Assembly: GCA_903872185.1 (NCBI GenBank)
Contig: CAIQJL010000264.1
Location: 38 to 64,037, forward strand
Reading direction: 5' to 3'
Origin: an uncultured Bacteroidota bacterium
Lineage (GTDB): Bacteria > Bacteroidota > Bacteroidia > Bacteroidales > GWA2-32-17
DNA: 64,000 nucleotides
Part shown: positions 57,851 through 64,000 of the stretch, piece by piece
How positions within the stretch are numbered: the first letter of the stretch is position 1
How the letters are laid out: every line of letters begins with the position of its first letter
Notes under the pieces: model-generated
Database searches by the model: none
Told to the model about the DNA's origin: nothing
The model's input: only the letters and a program-made list of their open reading frames with translations
Program-made: the position numbers and the translations under genes

Positions 57851-57910
57851 CAGTTTCCACGAAACAATATTTAAATAAAAAAAGGTTCGTGAAGACACGA
57901 ACCTTGGAGG
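57851..57910 (-). repeat. hairpin repeat family B (copy 1); includes the probable polA terminator
   Basis: Hairpin ggttcgtg-aaga-cacgaacc (57884-57903), with T7 following on the minus strand (A7 at 57877-57883). The reverse complement aligns with 63848-63919. Confidence 0.65.
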
Positions 57911-57931
57911 ATAAATTAGTCCATTAAAATA

Positions 57932-57957
57932 GGTTCTTCGCTATGCTCTGAATGACA
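57932..57957 (-). repeat. GC-rich repeat, family A (terminal fragment)
   Basis: The reverse complement tgtcattcagagcatagcgaagaacc parallels tgtcattctg...cgaagaatc at 55346-55383. Confidence 0.5.
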
Positions 57958-57963
57958 ATATAA

Positions 57964-60756
57964 TTAATGTGCATCCATCCAATTAATACCCGTTCCAATC
58001 TCAACAAGTAAAGGAACTGATAGATTAATTGCATTTTCCATTTCGTACTTAACGATTGTTTTTACAGCCTCAATTTCATTTTGCGCTACTTCAAAATCCA
58101 ATTCATCATGAACCTGTAACAACATTCTTGAGCAAAGTTGTTTTTCCTGAAATGCTTTATAAACTTTTATCATTGCAATTTTAATAATATCAGCAGCTGA
58201 GCCTTGTATTGGAGCATTAATAGCATTACGCTCTGCCATTCCACGCTCCATTCCATTTTTAGAATTTATATCCGATAACATTCTTCGTCGTCCATATAAA
58301 GTTTCTACGTAACCATTTGTTCTGGCTATTGAAATACATTCTTCCATATATGCTTTTACGCGTGGGTAAGTTTCAAAATACTGATCGATCAATTGTTTTG
58401 CATCAGTACGGGAAATATTTAACCGTTGCGAAAGCCCGAATGCAGATATTCCATAAATAATTCCAAAGTTTGCAGTTTTTGCACGTGAACGTTGTTCGCG
58501 TGTTACATCAGCATTTGATATTTTATAAATTTTTGCAGCTGTTGCTGTATGAATATCTTCATTTTGCACAAATGCCTCCATCATAGCAGCATCCTGACTT
58601 AGATGTGCCATTAACCTCAACTCAATTTGCGAATAATCGGCAGAAAGAAATACAAAATCTTTTTGCCCTGGAATAAATGCTTTACGAATTTCCCTTCCTC
58701 TTAATTCTTTTATAGGAATATTTTGCAAATTGGGATTATTAGAACTTAGCCTCCCTGTTGCAGTCACTGCCTGATTAAACGAAGTATGTAAACGACGTGT
58801 TCTATGGTTAATTAATAATGGTAATGCATCAACATAAGTACTTAATAATTTTTGAACCGAACGATATTCAAGTATTTTGTTAATTATTTCATGCTTGCCT
58901 GCATATTTAACTAATTCTTCTTCGCCAGTTGCATATTGTTTAGTTTTAGTCATTTTAGCATCGGCAGATATTTTCATTTTATCGAAAAGAATTTCTCCAA
59001 GTTGTTTTGGAGAATTAATATTAAAAACTGAACCAGCTAAAGTATAAATTTCACTTTCGAATTTTTGCAGTTCACCTTTTAATATTACCGAATAATCTTT
59101 AAGAACTTTTTCGTCAACCTTAACACCAGTTTTTTCAATTGCAGCAAGTACATGAATTAACGGCATTTCCATATCTATAAACAAAGTATACAAACCCAAT
59201 TCTTTTAATTTAGGTTCAAATATTTCTTTAAGTTGTAATGTTACATCTGCATCTTCGCCTGAATATTCTTTAATTTTTTCAACATCAACTAAACGCATAT
59301 TTAACTGATTTACCCCTTTCTTTCCTATCAAATCTTCGATTGGAACTGGCAAGTAATTTAAATATGTTCTGGCAAGAAAATCCATATTATGCCTTAAGTC
59401 GGGTTGCATAAGGTAATGCGCAATCATTGTGTCGAATAGTTTTCCTTTAACGACAATATTATAAGTACTCAAAACTAAAATATCGTACTTTATGTTCTGA
59501 CCGATTTTCTCAATTGAGATATTTTCTAAAATATTTCTGAATTTATCTAATCGTAATATTGCTTCCTCGCGATTATGAGAAAAAGGGACATAATATGCTT
59601 CATGAGGTTTTACCGAAAAAGCGATTCCAACCAAATCACTTTGCAAAGGATCTAAACCTGTTGTTTCGGTATCAAAACAAAATGATTCAGATTTTTCGAG
59701 CATTAAAATTAATTCATCAATCTTTTCATTTGTATTTACTAAAAGATAATTATGATCAATATCTTTAATAGTTTTATAGTCTTTTTGCGGAATCTGATCG
59801 GGAACAGGCAAATCCCAAAGCGAAGGTTGCATTTTGTTTGGAATTCTAACAGGTGCTTCATTAACAGCCTCTCCTGAACCTGGTCGCATTCTTAAAATTC
59901 TTGCTGCTATATTATTAAATTCAAGTTCATCAAGCAAAGCAGTAAGTTTAGGAATATCAGGTTCACTATATTTCATTTCTTCATCATGAACTTTTATCGG
60001 AACTTCGGTACATATTGTTGCAAGTTCTTTTGACAACAATACCTGTTCAACGTGAGTTTGTAGTGTTTCCTTAACTTTCCCTTGAAGCTTGCTCACATTA
60101 TGCAAAATAGCTTCAATACTTCCATATTCTTTAATAAGTTTTTTGGCAGTTTTTTCTCCAATTCCTGGAGCACCAGGGATATTATCAGATGCATCACCCC
60201 ATAATCCCAAAATATCAATTACCTGACTTGGATAATCAACTTCAAAATTCTTTTTAACCTCATCTATTCCCCATATTTCAACACCACTTCCAGAACGACT
60301 GGGTTTATACATAAAAACATTTGAAGTAACTAACTGACAAAAATCTTTGTCAGGAGTCATCATATAAGTTACAAATTCTTGTTCCGAAGCTTGTTTTGCT
60401 AGAGTCCCAATAACATCATCAGCCTCAAAACCTGGAACTTCATATATAGGGATATTTAATGCATCCAATAAGCTCTTTATATATGGTATAGATAATTTAA
60501 TGTCCTCAGGTGTGGCATCACGATTAGCTTTATAAGCTGGAAATTTATCATGCCTAAATGTTTTTGCGCCAGAATCAAAAGCAACTGCTATATGTGTAGG
60601 TTTTTCTTTTTGAATTATTTCAATCAAGGAATTTAAAAATCCAAAAATTGCCGAGGTATTTAAACCCTTTGAAGTAATTCGTGGATTTTTAATAAAAGCA
60701 TAATACGATCTAAAAATAAGAGCATAAGCATCTAGAAGAAAAAGTTTTTTCGACAT
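57964..60756 (-). CDS. polA: DNA polymerase I
   Basis: 930-aa ORF. 5'-nuclease N-terminus (LLDAYALIFRSYYA), 3'-5' exonuclease block (FDTETTGLD) and polymerase motifs A (LLSADYSQIELRL), B (RSRAKTANFGIIYG) and C (LLQVHDEL). Confidence 0.97.
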   Translation of the reverse strand: MSKKLFLLDAYALIFRSYYAFIKNPRITSKGLNTSAIFGFLNSLIEIIQKEKPTHIAVAFDSGAKTFRHDKFPAYKANRDATPEDIKLSIPYIKSLLDALNIPIYEVPGFEADDVIGTLAKQASEQEFVTYMMTPDKDFCQLVTSNVFMYKPSRSGSGVEIWGIDEVKKNFEVDYPSQVIDILGLWGDASDNIPGAPGIGEKTAKKLIKEYGSIEAILHNVSKLQGKVKETLQTHVEQVLLSKELATICTEVPIKVHDEEMKYSEPDIPKLTALLDELEFNNIAARILRMRPGSGEAVNEAPVRIPNKMQPSLWDLPVPDQIPQKDYKTIKDIDHNYLLVNTNEKIDELILMLEKSESFCFDTETTGLDPLQSDLVGIAFSVKPHEAYYVPFSHNREEAILRLDKFRNILENISIEKIGQNIKYDILVLSTYNIVVKGKLFDTMIAHYLMQPDLRHNMDFLARTYLNYLPVPIEDLIGKKGVNQLNMRLVDVEKIKEYSGEDADVTLQLKEIFEPKLKELGLYTLFIDMEMPLIHVLAAIEKTGVKVDEKVLKDYSVILKGELQKFESEIYTLAGSVFNINSPKQLGEILFDKMKISADAKMTKTKQYATGEEELVKYAGKHEIINKILEYRSVQKLLSTYVDALPLLINHRTRRLHTSFNQAVTATGRLSSNNPNLQNIPIKELRGREIRKAFIPGQKDFVFLSADYSQIELRLMAHLSQDAAMMEAFVQNEDIHTATAAKIYKISNADVTREQRSRAKTANFGIIYGISAFGLSQRLNISRTDAKQLIDQYFETYPRVKAYMEECISIARTNGYVETLYGRRRMLSDINSKNGMERGMAERNAINAPIQGSAADIIKIAMIKVYKAFQEKQLCSRMLLQVHDELDFEVAQNEIEAVKTIVKYEMENAINLSVPLLVEIGTGINWMDAH

Positions 60757-60768
60757 AAAAGGATTTTT

Positions 60769-60822
60769 TGTAAAGATATAAAAAAGTGCCTAAAATACTT
60801 AAAGTTAAAAGTGCCTAAAGTT
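60769..60822 (-). promoter_or_regulatory. tandem 16-nt unit array plus -7-like box upstream of polA
   Basis: On the minus strand it reads AACTTTAGGCACTTTT AACTTTAAGTATTTT AGGCACTTTTTT ATATCTTTACA and ends 12 nt before the polA ATG. It is a paralogue of 50042-50096. Confidence 0.6.
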
Positions 60823-60939
60823 ATCTCCTTAGGAGTCCCTTAGAGAAAAGGTCAATAGTTATTAATGAAAGTTTGAACCCTTAATCATTCTTAACCTTTA
60901 TTCTGAGCTAGCCAAAAAGATATTTCAGATTCATGAAAC

Positions 60940-61704
60940 TTAAATAACTTCTATTTTATGTTTTTTGCAAAAGAATTTACAAACCATTGCATTAATTATA
61001 CTTAGAATAACATAAAGTAAAATTATTAATGGCATTGCTACGATTTTGAAAGCAACTATAAGTGCTATAACTAGAATTAAGAAAATATATCTAATTAGAT
61101 TTTCTTTAAAAGCTAGATTTTTAAACTTAAGGGCAAACATTGGGATTGGACTAACCAAAAGAAAGCATTGAATAAAAATTAATGGTAATAAGAATTTAAG
61201 ATTTAAAAAAATAAAAAAATATTTCATACTTCCTGTATAAGCCATAATCATGGGCAAAGAAGCTATTAAGATTGCATTTGCAGGAGTAGGCAATCCTATA
61301 AACGAAGAAGTTTGCCGAGTATCAACATTAAATTTTGCAAGTCTTAAAGCAGAAAATACAACAAGTAAAAATGGTGAAGCAAGAATTAAAATTTCGGTAT
61401 TTGTAATTGTGTCAAATGAAATATCATTAATACAAAGCACTGATTTTATAAGGTTATATAGAATAAATGCAGGAGCTACACCAAAACTAATTACATCGGC
61501 CAATGAATCCAGTTCCTTACCTATATCAGAATAGGCTTTTAATAATCTTGCAAAAAAACCATCAAAGAAATCAAAAACAGCTGCAACTAAAATTAACAAT
61601 GAAGCTAAAACAGGAAATCCTTCAACTGAGGCAACAATAGAAAGACATCCAGCCAATACATTAAGAGATGTAATAAAATTTGGTATATGCTTAATAGGGT
61701 TCAT
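60940..61704 (-). CDS. pssA: CDP-diacylglycerol--serine O-phosphatidyltransferase
   Basis: 254-aa membrane ORF. CDP-alcohol phosphatidyltransferase motif DFFDGFFARLLKAYSDIGKELDSLADVISFG. Confidence 0.88.
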   Translation of the reverse strand: MNPIKHIPNFITSLNVLAGCLSIVASVEGFPVLASLLILVAAVFDFFDGFFARLLKAYSDIGKELDSLADVISFGVAPAFILYNLIKSVLCINDISFDTITNTEILILASPFLLVVFSALRLAKFNVDTRQTSSFIGLPTPANAILIASLPMIMAYTGSMKYFFIFLNLKFLLPLIFIQCFLLVSPIPMFALKFKNLAFKENLIRYIFLILVIALIVAFKIVAMPLIILLYVILSIINAMVCKFFCKKHKIEVI

Positions 61705-61866
61705 TTCTATATAATTATTTATTAAAAAGAATCTTTTAGAATTTTTAACTGCTTTTATAAATATTAATTAGATTATGCAATAATCCCAGCAAAAATAAGT
61801 TAATTTACAATGCTTTTACAATAGCTTAAAAATTATTATTTTTACATTTACAAGAAAAATCAATTT

Positions 61867-62934
61867 ATGCCAAAGAATATTCTGATTATTATATCATTAC
61901 TTGTTTTTGTTTCCAGTAGTTTTGCCCAGGCACCGAAATATAGTAACGAGTTTTTATCTGTAGGTGTTGGTGCGCGTTCTTTAGCAATGGCGAACTCATC
62001 TGTTGCTTCTGTAAACGACGTAACAGCTGGTTACTGGAATCCATCAGGACTTTTAAATCTTGAGCATAATCTAAATATGGGATTAATGCATGCTGAATAT
62101 TTTGCTGGCATTGCTAAACTTGATTATGGTGCCGTTGCAATAAAAAATTCAGATTCTTCAGCAATTGGGTTTACATTAATTAGATTTGGTGTTGATGATA
62201 TTCCAAATACCTTAGATTTAGTTGATAATAACGGGAATATAAATTACGATAAAATTTCGAGTTTTTCAATTGCCGATTATGCTTTTATGTTCAGTTATGC
62301 ACGTAAGTCAACTATTCCTGGATTACGTTATGGTGCAAATGCAAAAATCATAAGAAGAGTTGCCGGAAAGTTTGCCTCTGCATGGGGTTTTGGTATTGAC
62401 GCAAGTGCACAATACGATAAAGGAAAATGGACTTTTGGTGCAATGGCAAGAGATATTACTACAACTTTTAATGCATGGAAATTTAATACCTCAACTTTTG
62501 AAGAAGCATTTATTAAAACAGGTAATGAGATTCCAAAAAACGGATTAGAAATTACTATGCCTAAACTAATGCTTGGTGCAGCTTATCGTTTTCATATTTA
62601 CAAGAAATTTGATGGCTTAGCAGAATTTAATAGCGATATGACATTTGATGGAAAACGTGATGTGCTCATAAAATCTGATCCTATCAGCATTGACCCTCAT
62701 GTTGGGTTTGAGTTTTCATATAATAAATTAGTTTATCTAAGAATGGGAGTTGGAAATATCCAAAAAGTTCCAAATATTGATGGAAAAGAAGAAACTACTT
62801 TCCAGCCAAATATTGGAATTGGAATTCGCTACAAACGCTTCGGTTTAGATTACGCGTTAACTGATATTGGCGACCAATCAATAGCACTATACTCAAATGT
62901 TTTCTCGGTTTATTATAGTCTTGATAAAAAATAA
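61867..62934 (+). CDS. PorV/PorQ family outer-membrane beta-barrel protein (T9SS-associated)
   Basis: 355-aa ORF. Signal peptide, then FLSVGVGARSLAMANSSVASVNDVTAGYWNPSGL, the N-terminal signature of the PorV/PorQ (FadL-like) family. Confidence 0.7.
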   Translation: MPKNILIIISLLVFVSSSFAQAPKYSNEFLSVGVGARSLAMANSSVASVNDVTAGYWNPSGLLNLEHNLNMGLMHAEYFAGIAKLDYGAVAIKNSDSSAIGFTLIRFGVDDIPNTLDLVDNNGNINYDKISSFSIADYAFMFSYARKSTIPGLRYGANAKIIRRVAGKFASAWGFGIDASAQYDKGKWTFGAMARDITTTFNAWKFNTSTFEEAFIKTGNEIPKNGLEITMPKLMLGAAYRFHIYKKFDGLAEFNSDMTFDGKRDVLIKSDPISIDPHVGFEFSYNKLVYLRMGVGNIQKVPNIDGKEETTFQPNIGIGIRYKRFGLDYALTDIGDQSIALYSNVFSVYYSLDKK

Positions 62935-62949
62935 GAGTATTTTACAGTT

Positions 62950-63837
62950 TCATTTTTTCAATTTAACCGTTACCAAAATTATTCCCGTAATTGTTAGCAC
63001 ACCACCCATAATTTGAATCCACAAAGGCCATAAGCCTAAAACAAAAAAAGCCATAAATAATATCAAAAAACTTTTTGATGATTGAATAATCATTGCTTTT
63101 GAAGCAGGAATATATTTTAATGCGAAATATTGCGAATAAGCACCAAAAAATGGACCAACTAAAGCGCCATACATAGCAAAAATCACAGCCTCCTGTGGAA
63201 AATTAAAAGTATCTTTTGAAAAGGATATGGCAATAAATGAAAAAGTCAACAAACCAATAACCCTTGTAATTGCAAGCAATTGCGGCTTTAATTCATTAAT
63301 ATATTTTTTGGCTATTATTACATTTAACGATAAACATAGTACAGATATTAAAACAAGTTCACTTCCAGTAACAAAAAGAGAATGAATATTTAAACTCCAT
63401 TTAAAACTAATTAAAAAAGCACCGGTTATTGCTAATATTATTCCTATCCCCTCTTTTAAACTAAATCGTTCTTTAAGCAATAACATTCCTAACAACGTGA
63501 CCAAAGCAGGCGATAAATTCACAAGAAATGAAACGATAGCAGGATTATCAACAAGTTTAATCGCCGTAAAAAAACAAGTAGTTGAAATAACTTCTAAAAC
63601 AGCAAAAACAAGAAGCATTAAAAAAGCCTTAAAAGAAAACGTAAAGGTTTCTCTTACTTTTCCAGTAACGGTTAAATAAAATGAATTATAAAAAAGTCCA
63701 AAGCCATACCAAAGTATCCCAAATTGAAATACCGACACAAAAGTTAAAATATGCTTACTTGCAAAATATGTGTTTGTTGCAGTAAATGCAGCAAGCATTG
63801 CAAATAAATAACCTTTTGTTTGAGGGTTCTTAATCAT
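62950..63837 (-). CDS. EamA/DMT family transporter
   Basis: 295-aa ORF with about 10 TM helices in two EamA-like halves. Confidence 0.75.
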   Translation of the reverse strand: MIKNPQTKGYLFAMLAAFTATNTYFASKHILTFVSVFQFGILWYGFGLFYNSFYLTVTGKVRETFTFSFKAFLMLLVFAVLEVISTTCFFTAIKLVDNPAIVSFLVNLSPALVTLLGMLLLKERFSLKEGIGIILAITGAFLISFKWSLNIHSLFVTGSELVLISVLCLSLNVIIAKKYINELKPQLLAITRVIGLLTFSFIAISFSKDTFNFPQEAVIFAMYGALVGPFFGAYSQYFALKYIPASKAMIIQSSKSFLILFMAFFVLGLWPLWIQIMGGVLTITGIILVTVKLKK

Positions 63838-63847
63838 ATAACTTTTT

Positions 63848-63919
63848 CCTAGGTTCGTGTCTCACGAACCTTTAATTTACTAAATAACATTTTGTTTCGT
63901 GGGGACACGAAACAAGGAG
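63848..63919 (+). repeat. hairpin repeat family B (copy 2)
   Basis: Two hairpins are present: ggttcgtg-tct-cacgaacc (63852-63870) and gtttcgtg-ggga-cacgaaac (63894-63913). It shares aggttcgtgtct, cacgaaccttt and ttgtttcgtgg with the reverse complement of 57851-57910. Confidence 0.65.
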
Positions 63920-63940
63920 AAAGAAAGATTGAACAAAAAA

Positions 63941-64000
63941 CTATTTAAACATTTTATCAATTCTGTTCCTTATCTTTTCTGATTCTTCTTCACAGCCGGG
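63941..64000 (-). CDS. 3' end of an unidentified gene running off the window
   Basis: The minus-strand frame reads ...PGCEEESEKIRNRIDKMFK followed by a stop at 63941-63943. Too short to identify. Confidence 0.3.
   Translation of the reverse strand, partial: PGCEEESEKIRNRIDKMFK

Noticed and set aside
60891-60935. Possible degenerate family A repeat (ctttattctgagctagcc...ttcagattcatgaaa) between pssA and polA
   Set aside because: Only a 9-nt match (attctgagc) to the family consensus as I recall it, and no GC stem. This is too weak to call.
1-64000. Search for mobile elements, prophage, defence islands, toxin-antitoxin pairs or biosynthetic clusters
   Set aside because: No transposase, integrase, recombinase, restriction/helicase/nuclease-type defence motif, phage structural gene or PKS/NRPS-like ORF was recognised. 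Gene content and density look like core chromosome.

Overview
This is a visibly AT-rich chromosomal segment of Bacteroidota type. The markers are T9SS type A and type B C-terminal sorting domains, PorP/SprF-like and PorV-like proteins, a SPOR domain and TAnnTTTG-like promoter boxes. It contains dnaA (16395-17825). About 50 tightly packed CDS are present. Most are housekeeping genes (dnaA, pyrB/pyrI, prmA, pcm, mutS, polA, pssA, cysE, photolyase, DPP-IV, ElbB), interleaved with secreted lipoproteins and T9SS cargo. I saw no rRNA, tRNA, CRISPR array, transposase, integrase, prophage or recognisable defence gene, so most of the window looks like ordinary core genome. All product calls come from motif recognition by eye, with no database search. 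Six things are worth a second look. (1) An almost identical ~55-nt array of tandem 16-nt units fused to a promoter-like box sits directly upstream of both mutS and polA. (2) An orphan SiaB/SiaC-type (DUF6272/DUF1987) partner-switch pair has no phosphatase or output gene nearby and converges on a 1033-aa multi-domain ABC exporter. (3) Two families of GC-rich hairpin repeats are scattered in intergenic regions, including a 327-bp ORF-free structured island between pyrI and the DPP-IV gene. (4) A 1532-aa secreted protein has no recognisable domain. (5) A cutinase/PETase-like hydrolase carries a T9SS tail and is paired with a TetR gene. (6) The dnaA upstream region lacks canonical DnaA boxes. I cannot point to one clear novel multi-gene system. 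The SiaB/SiaC plus ABC locus is the best candidate.
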